Shown: in pieces, positions 1-12,149 of the stretch
Numbering within the stretch: the stretch's first letter is position 1
How the letters are laid out: the number at the start of each line of letters is the position of its first letter
Assembly: GCA_032718475.1 (NCBI GenBank)
Contig: JAUCBJ010002162.1
Span: 1-42,269 of the forward strand
DNA length: 42,269 bases
From: Nemertoderma westbladi
Lineage: Eukaryota; Animalia; Xenacoelomorpha
Direction of reading: 5' to 3'
Made by a program: the position numbers and the translations under genes
The notes under the pieces: generated by a model
Seen by the model: the letters and a program-made list of their open reading frames with translations, nothing else
Told to the model about the DNA's origin: nothing
Databases searched by the model: none

Positions 1-1252
1 GATCCCCCTGTACGAAATCAGTCTAAAAGGTCAGGCCTAAATGTAACAATACCGTTGTCCAGACAAACAACAGTTTAATAACGAAAATGAAATACTCCTT
101 ATTGCCGCAACTAAATCAGATCCTAATTTTACAAATACAGATAATTTCCACCTAACGTAATGTATAGTACGCTATAGCTAGTAGAACTTTAAGGGCGATA
201 TGTTTTAGGGCGTGTGTGTGTGGGTGTGTTACAAATAAAACAATTTCGAGTAATTCCTTTTACTAGGTTTTAGTGATTTTCTGACTAAAATGATACCGTG
301 CGCTAGCTACTAAAATAAACTAGTCGCGTTTGTAGAACTTTATACTCACGAATGACGTCAAAGCTCTCTCCTTCCTATCCACAACCCAATGGGCAACCAC
401 AGTGTTAGTAACTACACCCGTGATCGGCACTAATACCAGATTCTGGTTGTAAGATAAGAATAGGGGTTAATCGCTACCGTACATTAGCTGATCTGGTATA
501 CTAATTTAATTCTAGAACTTTGTTGCTGCGGTAGTTAGCAGCAATACCTATCAGTACGTGGCAAGGCGCGGTAGGATATTAATAAACCTCCCTAGGCCAA
601 GCAGTGTGCCGGTAGCAGAAATACTCCTTGCCTGATCAAATAGCTAACTCCAGACAGGGGGGGGGGGGGTACTAATGTACGTTCTACAAAGCGAACCGGT
701 ACCAAACAGTCAGTGCTACGAATCACTAAATTATGGAACATATGCTGTCCGTACCTAATATGTACTCGCGTACTGACGAATGGCAATAGTTCGCACCTGT
801 AGGAAGTACAGGTTAACCCAGGGGTTCGTAGGACTTGACAAAGGGGGGGGTTTGTCTGGATATAATTATTTGATCTTAAATTTGCGGCGTCCAGTACGGT
901 GTCACGCTTACCCTGATCTATAGGTCTTACGGCGGGCAAGGGCGTCGAACAAAGTCTTACCTTCTCACAAAGCGGGCGCTGCATAGCAAGTGGAGTATTT
1001 CGAAGGGGCAAAGGGGGTGCGCGGTCGATCCAATGTGGGCGCTAGCGTGTTGTGGACATCCCTTCCCTGCGTTGCTTACGGCCTAACGGTCTAGGCTGCC
1101 ATCTCCCTGGTGTTCGGCTGTCCCGAAGTCGGACCAAAAGAAAACATGTCAGGAAATTGCAGTATATTTACAGTTTTACAAAGGATTTATCAAAAGGAAG
1201 TTTCAACAAGAAACCGAATAAACTAATTTTACAAATAAGATATAAGTGTACA

Positions 1253-1330
1253 GTTAAGGGTTCTAAGAAGTTAATAACGTTAAGGGTTCTAAGAAGTTAA
1301 TAACGTTAAGGGTTCTAAGAAGTTAATAAC
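1253..1330. repeat. 26-bp tandem repeat x3
   Basis: GTTAAGGGTTCTAAGAAGTTAATAAC repeated three times exactly. Confidence 0.95.
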
Positions 1331-1372
1331 GTGATAACCGAAGGCAAACCGGCCCTTTTATACTAGAAATTG

Positions 1373-1571
1373 CACATGGAAACTAAACAGAATTTTCCAC
1401 AGCTTCACCATTGAGCAATGAAGTGCTTCGTGCTCTATGATTGGCCCAGCTCATCGTTCAACGCAGTCCGGCCCTTACACTAAATCTGGGACATGGAATC
1501 CTAACAGAATTTTCCACTGCCTCACATTTGAGCAATAAGATAATTTATGCCCTATGATTGGCCTGGCTCAT
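1373..1571. repeat. Diverged ~118-bp-period duplication, each copy with a CCAAT box
   Basis: ACATGGAA..AACAGAATTTTCCAC..TTGAGCAAT..CTATGATTGGCC..GCTCAT at ~1373 and ~1491. Confidence 0.8.
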
Positions 1572-1650
1572 TATTCGCTACGTTGTACGCTTCTCATTGG
1601 CCTACCAATTAGCACCACACGAAAATAAATGGCCCCAAAATACAAATTTC

Positions 1651-1717
1651 CCGACTGGGATTCGAACTCGTAACCTACGTAATGTAACCAACGCCTTAAC
1701 CATCTGACCACTACGCC
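1651..1717 (-). pseudogene. tRNA-derived sequence with Pol III A and B boxes; not a functional cloverleaf
   Basis: Minus strand GGCGTAGTGGTCAGATGGTTAAGGCG...GAGTTCGAATCCC; anticodon and acceptor stems degenerate. Confidence 0.65.
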
Positions 1718-4700
1718 ACGAGAGTACCTAAGGGTTTTATGTGTACAAATATGAATAGGCATATTACATTACTGTAACTTAATCAAAATACGTCGGATTT
1801 TCAAAAGTTTTTACGTTAAAGTTAAACTACAAATGCTACCTTATAGTGAAATAATTCATCATATATAATAAGCCTATTATAGATACCGGTATATCAATTA
1901 TTTAGAATAATTGAATTTCTGAAATTATAGGGTTACTTAGTTACTTTAGTTTACTCTATTACAGTTATTCAAGCAGTAGTCCAACTGATATTAAGACCTA
2001 ATTGTTGTATGACAGGCCTACTAGTTTATAAATCTTTGAGTTGATTTATAATATATATATATATCTAATGATTGTGACCATAAGTCATTTTGAAAGATCA
2101 AACAAAATATATATAACTTTTATGTAGAATTTAGCGATCTTATGGTTGCATATTATATAGTATTATGTATAATCATATTCTATATAACTCCAGCAATTTC
2201 TACACTTTAGCCAAATCGGGAAATCCTTGGTAGGACTGGTCATATGGATGCACAACACATTTTGATGATATAAGAATATTTAATTAGTTATGTATATCTA
2301 TATAACTTTATATATGTATTTGGTTTGTTTATAGGACTGTTACTAAGATAAAACATTTCCATTTTTAATTAAACATCAAATTTCACGTTTTTGCCTAACG
2401 GACCTACACCCTATCACAACATTTAATGAATTAAAATTGTTTTTACTAACTAGTAAACATCATTATGTGCAAATATCACGATTCAGAGTTATGACCGCTG
2501 ATCATAGTACCAAACGAGAGAGAGCGAGCTTTGTTGAATAAGAAACGAAGTATGAAATTTTGATACATTACATTAAATTATCACAACTAAAAATGCTAAA
2601 TAATAAATTAATCACATTAATATTGTAACATTTATATCAATTTACGCTATTAATTGCAGACTACAACTACCACTAACTAGACCTAAAATTATAGCTGTTG
2701 TTATAAAATAATGAATGCCCTCACGCTTTTAAAAAATTTTAATATTAATAAGCTAAATATTATCATCTGCAACTTGAGCTGTATTCTATTTCTCTATTTA
2801 TTCCAGCATTGTTCCCTTGACCTTTGGCCTCTGAAAAAATATGCTTTTACAATCCCTCGAATATACGGATAAAAAGTTGGACAAAAAATAATTATTTATG
2901 TAAAAGAATAGTCATTTTTCAAAATTAACAAAATTCATATAAGTTTGAGATAAAATATGCAGCCATATTACAAATTTATAAATCAAATTCCTAAATTCCA
3001 TAAAACTGTATCTTTGATAAACATTTGTTATTTTATTTGCTATAATTATATTGCATTTTCGTTTCCTTTAAGTTTTAAATTCATGAAATAATTAATGATA
3101 TTGTATTAATTATCCAAAATATAACTTAAAAAAAAACATAATAATAGTTATAATAATATGACATGCAACCATAAGACATATCAACTGCTTATGGTGCATG
3201 ATTTATTTAAACTATATTTCAGATTGAGTTTTGGTGTATTGGAAGGTTTGAGGTACTTGAAGTTTTAGCATTATTCTTTATAAACCTTTCCTACTAAATA
3301 TACCGAATAATGTTGAAATTTAATAGGCAGCCATATAACGAATCATTATAAAGAAAAATTTATACAATAATTACATTATCACATTAGATACAACAATTAT
3401 TGTATTTTTCTTTTTATTCATATTTTAAATTGATAAAATAATATTTCATAATGTTTTAATTAAAGAAATAAGGCTTTTAAAATACATATATAATATTATT
3501 TTATTTATTTGTAATAATTGTATGGAATTAATTTCGCACAAACAAATCGCCAGAGCGACATATTTTCCAGCTTTATACCGCAGTGCGACATGTGCGCAGT
3601 GCACATTAGTTATGAAATAAGACATGCAACCATAATACAGTCCCAGTGCTTAAGGCTGCATGTTTTATTTAAACTTTACTTTTGAAGCGAGTTTGTAGGT
3701 AATGGTTGTTTGAACATTGAACTAAGTAGATATTTCTCGAATAATTCGAGAAAATTCAGATTTATTTTAATTTTAACATATTAATTCTGACTTTCTGACC
3801 GTTTGTCTGTTGATCTGTTTTACATAATATAGTATCTCTCAACCCATAGCAAAAACCTATGGCATGGAGTTTTCCTAGTCTGTGATTTCATTCCCGATTA
3901 CGGTTTTCATGTTTGGTGGCATCTAGACTGTCTGTATGTCTGTCCGTTTGCCTGCCTATGTGTCTGTCAAAATATAATATTTCACCATACAAAGCTAAAA
4001 TCTTGGGCATCTGTGTTTTATCGTTATCAGACTTCATTTTTAGTGGCATATAAACTGTTTTCGATCAGTCTTACATAATTAAATTTCGACCACAAGTTAT
4101 TATATCCCAGAATACAGGAGTTTTCGCACCAAATATACTTTTTTTACCGCCCCAAATAGGTAAAATAGCCCCAAATTTCAGTTAGTCAGTTAGTCAGTCA
4201 GTCAGCAACGATTCGGTTCCTAATAACGGATCTACTGATAGCTAAATTATAATTACTTAGTCAAGCTGATAAACCCAGAATTGCTAATTAAAGTTGTGTG
4301 GTTTAGCGGATCACATTACTTATCAAAGGTCAAGCAGATTATTGTATTGGAAACCGATTGCTTATTAGAGTTGTTTTCATCCAAACCCAGTAGCTAATGC
4401 ACGTATTACGTATTACGCACGTGCTGTAGGAATGAATATAAGTCACTGCAAACAAGTATTGTACTTTCTGTTTTGGTCGGCCTCCACCATACGAGTTTCG
4501 AATTATGTTTTTTTTTTTGAGAAGCCGTTCTGTAGTGCAGATGATCGTGGGATCCACTAATATGACATGCAACCATAAGACAGCTCCATTGCTTAAGGCT
4601 GCATGTTTTATTTAAACTTCATCTCATACATGAGTCTACATGCAATGGGTGGTATATCTAAATAGATTGAGGCACTTGAATTAAGGTTGAAATATGATAT

Positions 4701-5059
4701 ACAGCCGTATAACAGTGTAATTAGACTTAAAATAAACCTAATATTATTTAAAATAAGACATGCAACGCAATGCATTGAAATTTCCAGTGCTTATTTCAAG
4801 TTCCATGCACATTTTATTAAACTATATTCCATTCTAGAGTTTGTAATGTAGTTCGTGGGGGCTGGTTTATCTAAATAGATATTATTCTCAGAAAAGTTCG
4901 AGTAATTTCGATTTTATTAAAGTTTTCATTTTGCTATTGGAATAACTAGGAATATTGATGTAATTAATATCCAATTTAATTTGTATCACTAATTAATTGC
5001 AGTTATTACAATAAAGTTTCGGTAAACAATCATAAACTTAGCATATAATGGTTGCTATA

Positions 5060-5735
5060 AAGCTAGAGTTCAGATTTTATTTACGGTATCAATTTTCATG
5101 TTTGGCAGCGTTTGTAAAGTTTTATGTCTGTCCGTTTGTCAGTCGATCTGTCTGTCAAAATACAATATGACACCCTACAAAGCTAAAATCCTGGGAAATT
5201 CTGCTTTCTTGGATTCTGACTTAATTTACGGTAGCAGTTTTCATGTTTGGAAGCATTTTTACAGTTTGTATACCTCTGTCTGTTTGTCAGTCGATCTGTC
5301 TGTCAAAATACAATATGACACCCTACAAATCTTAAATCTTGGGAATGTATGTTTTTTTGGATTCTGACTTCAATTACGGTATCAGTTTTCATATTTGGCA
5401 GCGTTTGTAAACTTTGTATGTCTGTCCGTTTGTCAGTCGATCTGTCTGTCAAAATACAATATGACACCCTATAAAGCTTAAATCTTGGAAATGTGAGTTT
5501 TTTGGATTCTGACTTCAATTACGGTATCAGTTTTCCTGTTTGGCAGCGTTTGTAAACTTTGTATGTCTGTCCGTTTGTCAGTCGATCTGTCTGTCAAAAT
5601 ACAATATGACACCCTATAAAGCTTAAATCTTGGAAATGTGAGTTTTTTGGATTCTGACTTCAATTACGGTATCAGTTTTCCTGTTTGGCAGCATTTGTAA
5701 AGTTTGTATGTCTGTCCGTTTGTCAGTCGATCTAT
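5060..5735. repeat. ~145-bp satellite array 1 (~4-5 units)
   Basis: Unit CATGTTTGGCAGC..TGTCTGTCCGTTTGTCAGTCGATCTGTCTGTCAAAATACAATATGACACC recurs at 145-148 bp spacing (5098, 5243, 5391, 5536, 5681). Confidence 0.95.
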
Positions 5736-6718
5736 TAGTCCGGTAGTTTCAGAGATGTATTCTAAAGCTTTGAACTTTGGGCCATGTGCCCTTTCTACTG
5801 CAACCGTCCCATTTGTCTATCTTTTGTCTCTCTGTACCAATATTTAGTGTGAAGTTTGTGCTATCTAGCCAGAGAACCTGTGGTTAGTGAGAGCTAAAAA
5901 TACGGCGCCTGTCCTTTCTCAAAATTAACTATAGATTATATAAAACATGCAGCCATAAAACCAATTCATTGCAGTTATTAATTAAACAGACTCTTTGATA
6001 AAATTAGTAACTACAAATTATTGTACTTTCATTTCTTTTATATTTTCAAGGGATTAAATCATTTAAATAATTCAACTAACTAACTAATTTAACCATTTAT
6101 AATATTGTATTAATTAATTGACCAAAATATGACATAAAAAAAACATAATAATTATTATTATAATATAACATGCAACCATAAGAGAGCTCCATTGCTTAAG
6201 GCTGCATGTTTTATTTAAACTTTATCTCAGACGTGAGTTTACATGTAATGGCTGGTTTATCTAAATAGATTGAGACACTTGAATTAAGGTTGAAATATGA
6301 TAATATGTAACCGTATAACCGTATAATAAGACTTAAAATAAACCTAATATCAGTTAAAATAATGCACGCAACCGTATTGGAAGTTCTAGTGCTTATGGCT
6401 GCACGTTTTATTTAAACTATATTCCAGAAAAGAGTTGTAATTTAGTGTGGGCTGGTTTATCTAAATAGATAATTCTCAGAAAAGTTCGAGTAATTCCGAT
6501 TTTTTTAAAGTTTTCATTACTTGATATTGGAATAATTAGGAATATTGATGTAATTCATATCCAATTTAATTTGTATCACTAATTAATTGCAGTTATTACA
6601 ACAATGTTACGGTAAACAATTATAAAATTAGCATATAATAGTTGCTATGAAGCTATGCAGAAGAAACAGACGTGTTTAAGAGATTATTATTACTAAGTTA
6701 GTGATAGTTAGTTATAGA

Positions 6719-7361
6719 AGTATAAGTACGTTCGTCCTATAGGCCGCAACGCTGCAATACGGTACTTTACTGCGTTAAGAGTAAAACACCAGAACTCTGA
6801 AAAGTTCGCATAATATTGTTGCAAATGTACCAATTGTTGATATCACACGTGAACCTTTTAGAGTTTATTTAGGGCAGCAGTAGAGACAGCCTTCTTAGAT
6901 GGGAGTCCATGCTGGTCTCTGACTGACTGCAGAGTATACAAAACCTCTGGATGGCACATTCACAATAATGCTACGCCGGGGTCATTGTGTCAAGAAGAAC
7001 GAACACATCTCCATAACCAGACTGTGAACAACATCGGAAGTGTTTCATTAGTCTCCGAAAGCTTTTACTTGAACTGAGCTGCCACCGCCTTGTAGGACAT
7101 TGCTTTCACCGTGTGAACCAGCCTGTGCATAATCTTGTGCTTTGGCGGCCTCATGGAAAGACTATGTATGATGGTAAGCCCATGACTTTCTTGAGACGCA
7201 TTTTAAAGAACACTGGACTTGAAGATGCGGATGATGTAGCAAATGTCATGGGTGATAGGGAGTTGAGGTGGAGCAATTTTATCGACAAGCCGACACATCT
7301 TTCTTAATATATTTGATATAATTAATGCAGCCGCAATGCAACATACCGATAGTAGTAGTAG
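6719..7361 (+). mobile_element. Truncated, decayed RTE-like non-LTR retrotransposon 3' end, copy 1
   Basis: Fragments RAAVETAFLDGSPCWSLT, LDGTFTIMLR, RLVGHCF, LVLWRPHG, KNTGL..MGDRELRW resemble RTE/RTEX ORF C-termini; (TAG)n tail; flanking direct repeat TAGTTATAGA at 6709-6718 and 7362-7371. Confidence 0.8.
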
Positions 7362-7519
7362 TAGTTATAGATGTTTGTTGATACCAATAGAAAGGTAGAA
7401 GAAATATTGGGTATAAAAGTTTAATCAATTATTATCTGATTGTAGCAATTAATCTATATTTGTACCGACATTTGCAGGGGCTCATATCCATATACAATAT
7501 ATTAGACCAGACAGCTAAA

Positions 7520-8785
7520 ATCTTCCATATGTAGTTTTTTTCATCACTGATTTCATTTCCCATATCAGTTTTCAAGTTTGGCGGCATTTTTACAGTTTGT
7601 ATGTCTGTTCGTTTGTCAAAAAACAATATGACACCTTACAAAGCTAAAATCACGGTAATGACTGTTTTCTTTGACTCAGACTTCATTTACGGTATCAGTT
7701 TTGATGTTTGGCAGCATTTGTAAAGTTTGTATGTCTGTCCGTTTGTCAGTCGATCTGTCTGTCAAAATACAATATGACACCCTATAAAGCTTAAATCTTG
7801 GGAATGTCTGTTTTTCTTAAATTCCAACTTCATGTACGGTATCAGTTTTCAAGTTTGGCAGAATTTGTACAGTTTGTATACGTCTGTCCGTTTGTCAGTC
7901 GATCTGTCCGTCAAAATACAATATGACACCCTACAAAGCTGAAATCCTGGGAATGTCTGTTTTCTTGCACTCTGACTTCATTTACCGTATCAGTTTTCAT
8001 GTTTGGCAGCATTTGTACAGTTGGTATGTCTGTCCGTTTGTCAGTCGATCTGTCTGTCAAAATACAATATGACACCCTACAAATGCTAAAATCCTGAGAA
8101 TGTCTGTTTTCTTGGACTCTGACTTCATTTACCTTATCAGTTTTCATGTTTGGCAGCATTGTACAGTTTATTATGACTGTCCGTTTGTCAGTCAATCTGT
8201 CTGTCAAAATACAATATGACACCATACAAAGCTATAATCCCGGGAATGTCTTTTTTCTTGGACTCTGACTTCATTTACTGTTTCAGTTGTCATGTTTGGC
8301 AGCAATTGAACAGTTTGTATGTCTGTCCATTTGTCAGTCGATGTGTCTGTCAAAATACAATATGACACCCTTCAAATTCTAAAATCCTGAGAATGTCTGT
8401 TTTCTTGGACTCTGACTTCATTTACCGTATCAGTTTTCATGTTTGGCAGCATTGTACAGTTTATTATGACTGTCCGTTTGTCAGTCAATCTGTCTGTCAA
8501 AATACAATATAACACCATACAAAGCTAAAATCCCGGGAATATCTGTTTTCTTGGATTCTGACTTCATTTACTGTTTCAGTTGTCATGTTTGGCAGCAATT
8601 TAACAGTTTGTATGTCTGTCCGTTTGTCAGTCGATGTGTCTGTCAAAATACAATATGACACCCTTCAAATTCTAAAATCCTGAGAATGTCTGTTTTCTTG
8701 GACTCTGACTCCATTTACCGTGTCAGTTTTCATGTTTGGCAGCATTTGTAAAGTTTGTATGTCTGTCCGTTTGTCAGTCGATCTA
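7520..8785. repeat. ~145-bp satellite array 2 (~8-9 units)
   Basis: Same unit as array 1. Confidence 0.95.
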
Positions 8786-9359
8786 TTAGTCCGGTAGTTT
8801 CAGAGATGTATTCTAAAGCTTTGAACTTTGGGCCATGTGCCCTTTCTACTACAACCGTCTCATTTGTCGATCTTGTGTCTCTCTGTACTAATATTTAGTG
8901 TGAAGTTTGTGCTATCTAGCCAGACAACCTGTGGTTAGTGAGAGCTAAAAATACGGCGCCTGTCCTTTCTCAAAATTAACTATAGATTATATAAAACATG
9001 CAGCCATAAAACCAATTCATTGCAGTTATTAATTAAACAGACTCTTTGATAAAATTAGTAACTACAAATTATTGTACTTTCATTTCTTTTATATTTTCAA
9101 GGGATTAAATCATTTAAATAATTCAACTAACTAACTAATTTAACCATTTATAATATTGTATTTATTAATTGACCAAAATATGACATAAAAAAAACATAAT
9201 AATTATTATTATAATATAACATGCAACCATAAGAGAGTTCCATTGCTTAAGGCTGCATATTTTATTTAAACTTTATCTCAGACGTGAGTTTACATGTAAT
9301 GGCTGGTTTATCTAAATAGATTGAGACACTTGAATTAAGGTTGAAATATGATATGTAAC

Positions 9360-10951
9360 TAGGGTTCAACAGAAGGCACTTTATGGGGCCGAACCGAACC
9401 GAACCGAAGCAGGGCCAACTTCGGGCCGAACCGAACCGAATCCGAACCGAAGTTCAGAAAGTTAGCAAGTTATGGTCATAAATTCGTATTTACGTCACTG
9501 TCACTATACTGGCTGACTGGCAGTGGCAGACTGGTACCTATTTGGTCTGCGGACTTAGCAAGAAAGCTATGATTAATTAAAAAAATAAGTACTACAAAAT
9601 AAAATGGCAATATTTACATTACTGTACATTACTAAGCTAAACTACTGTATACTTACTGTATGCACCACATTTTCACCCGTAGTAAGTAGTGACATCAAAT
9701 TTAGAAAACCTCACTAAAAGTACAGGTAGTCTTTGTAATACTATTTATATGAGGTGGTAGGTATATTTGGTATTATGTATCAAAGTTATGATTAATTAAA
9801 AAATACGTACTACAAAGTAAAATGGCAATATTTAGCCTAACCTAAACTACTGTATAATTAAGCTAATTTTGAAACTGAAAACAATTAAAAAAATAATGCC
9901 ATTTAAATGGAAGTTCAGTCCAAAATTAAGGGTGTAAACGTTAAGCAGACAGTGGTGCAGACACCTGGTGCGGACAGTGGTGCAGACACCTGGTGCGGAC
10001 ATTGGTGCAGACACTGGTGCAGCGTGCAGACAGTGGTGCAGACAGTGGTGCAGACACAGGTGCAGACAGTGGTGCAGACAGTGATGCAGACAGTGGTGGA
10101 GCGCGCAGACAGTGGTGCAGACACTTACTTGTGCAGACAGTGGTGCAGACACTGGTGCAGACAGTGGTGCAGACAGTGGTGCAGACAGTGGTGCAGACAC
10201 AGGTGCAGACAGTGGTACAGGCAGTGATGCAGACACTGGTGCAGACAGTGGTGCAGACAGTGGTGCAGAAAGTGGTGCAGACACTGGTGCAGACAGTGGT
10301 GCAGACACTGGTGCACATAGTGGTGCAGACACTTAGCCCGCAAAACAATAACGTTTATTGTTTTGGTTCCCCCAATACTCCTCTGAAACCTGCTCCTTTA
10401 CTAAACTGCTCCTTTACTAACCTGCTCGCCCCTTTTACTGTCTGTACCAGTGTCTGCACCACTCTCTGCACCACTGTCTGCACCACTGTCTGCACCACTG
10501 TCTGCACCACTGTCTGCACCATAGTGTCTGCACCACTGTCTGCACCAGTGTCTGCACCACTGTCTACACCAGTGTCTGCACCACTGTCTACACCAGTGTC
10601 TGCACCACTGTCTGCACCACTGTCTGCACGACTGCACCACTGTCAGACTGTCTGCACCACTGTCTGCATCACTGTCTGCACCACTGTCTGCACCACTGTC
10701 TGCACCAGCACCAGTCAGCCAGTGTCTGCTTAACGTTTACACCCCAAAATTAATTAGTACAACGAAACGATGGACAGATTGATTAGTCTTACTGTCTTCT
10801 GGTCTTAGCTCAATCAGTCAATGTAATACTTGGAATATTTAGCAAAGTTTGCTCCGGGCTTCTGCAGTATCAATTGCAGAAGCCGAACCGAACCGAAATT
10901 GCCAAACTTCGGCCCGAACCGAACCGAAGCCGAAGCTTCTGTTGAGCCCTA
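9360..10951. mobile_element. Non-autonomous hAT-type DNA transposon (MITE), 1592 bp
   Basis: TIR TAGGGTTCAACAGAAG / CTTCTGTTGAGCCCTA (15/16); 8-bp TSD TATGTAAC (9352-9359, 10952-10959); subterminal (CCGAA)n repeats; single TATGTAAC at the paralogous empty site 6304-6311. Confidence 0.92.
9930..10744. mobile_element. Foldback/MULE-like non-autonomous element nested in the hAT MITE
   Basis: TIR GGGTGTAAACGTTAAGCAGACA / TGTCTGCTTAACGTTTACACCC; 9-bp TSD CAAAATTAA (9921-9929, 10745-10753); arms are inverted arrays of a 12-bp unit GTGCAGACA(G/C)TG. Confidence 0.88.
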
Positions 10952-11367
10952 TATGTAACCGTATAACAGTATAATAAGACTTAAAATAAACCTAATATTA
11001 TTTATAATAATGCATGCAACTGTATTGAAAGTTCCAGTGCTTATGGCTGCACGTTTTATTTAAACTGTATTCCAGAAAAGAGTTGTATTGTAGTGGGGGC
11101 TGGTTTATCTAAATAGATAATTCTCAGAAAAGTTCGAGTAATTCCGATTTTTTTAAAGTTTTCATTACTTGATATTGGAATAATTAGGAATATTGATGTA
11201 ATTCATATCCAATTTAATTTGTATCACTAATTAATTGCAGTTATTACAACAAAGTTACGGTAAACAATTATATAATTAGCATATAATAGTTGCTATGGAG
11301 CTATGCAGAAGAATACAGACGTGTTTAAGAGATTATTATTACTAAGTTAGTGATAGTTAGTTATAGA

Positions 11368-12010
11368 AGTATAAGTACGTTCGTCCTATAGGCCGCAACG
11401 CTGCAATACGGTACTTTACTGCGTTAAGAGTAAAACACCAGAACTCTGAAAAGTTCGCATAATATTGTTGCAAATGTACCAATTGTTGATATCACACGTG
11501 AACCTTTTAGAGTTTATTTAGGGCAGCAGTAGAGACTGCCTTCTTAGATGGGAGTCCATGCTGGTCTCTGACTGACTGCAGAGTATACAAAACCTCTGGA
11601 TGGCACATTCACAATAATGCTACGCCGGGGTCATTGTGTCAAGAAGAACGAACACATCTCCATAACCAGACTGTGAACAACATCGGAAGTGTTTCATTAG
11701 TCTCCGAAAGCTTTTGCTTGAACTGAGCTGCCACCGCCTTGTAGGACATTGCTTTCACAGTGTGGACCAGCCTGTGCATAATCTTGTGCTTTGGCGGCCT
11801 CATGGAACGACTATGTATGGTGGTAAGCCCATGACTTTCTTGAGACGCATTTTAAAGAACACTGGACTTGAAGATGCGGATGATCTAGCAAATGTCATGG
11901 GTGATAGGGAGTTGAGGTGGAGCAATTTTATCGACAAGCCGACACATCTTTCTTAATATATTTGATATAATTAATGCAGCCGCAATGCAACATGCCGATA
12001 GTAGTAGTAG
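11368..12010 (+). mobile_element. RTE-like LINE 3' fragment, copy 2 (made by the segmental duplication)
   Basis: Near-identical to 6719-7361 with the same flanking TAGTTATAGA (11358-11367, 12011-12020). Confidence 0.8.
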
Positions 12011-12149
12011 TAGTTATAGATGTTTGTTGATACCAATAGAAAGGTAGAAGAAATATTGGGTATAAAAGTTTCATCAATTATTATCTGCTTGTAGCAATTA
12101 ATCTATATGTGTACCGACATTTGCTGGGGCTCATATCCATATACAATAT

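Larger units (their letters stand above)
1..1790 (-). mobile_element. Probable LTR-like segment of a second, diverged family (likely runs off the window start; boundaries approximate)
   Basis: Same minus-strand order as the LTRs at 20172/34843: tRNA-like A/B box (1651-1717), CCAAT boxes (1440, 1557, 1596), TATAAAA (1356-1362), and an identical 12-mer ATTCGTGAGTAT (342-353) ~1 kb downstream of TATA. Confidence 0.5.

Noticed and set aside
9847-10733. Repetitive ORFs (SAPL, VQTV, CTTV)
   Set aside because: A stop-free 12-bp minisatellite inside a MITE is open in all frames.
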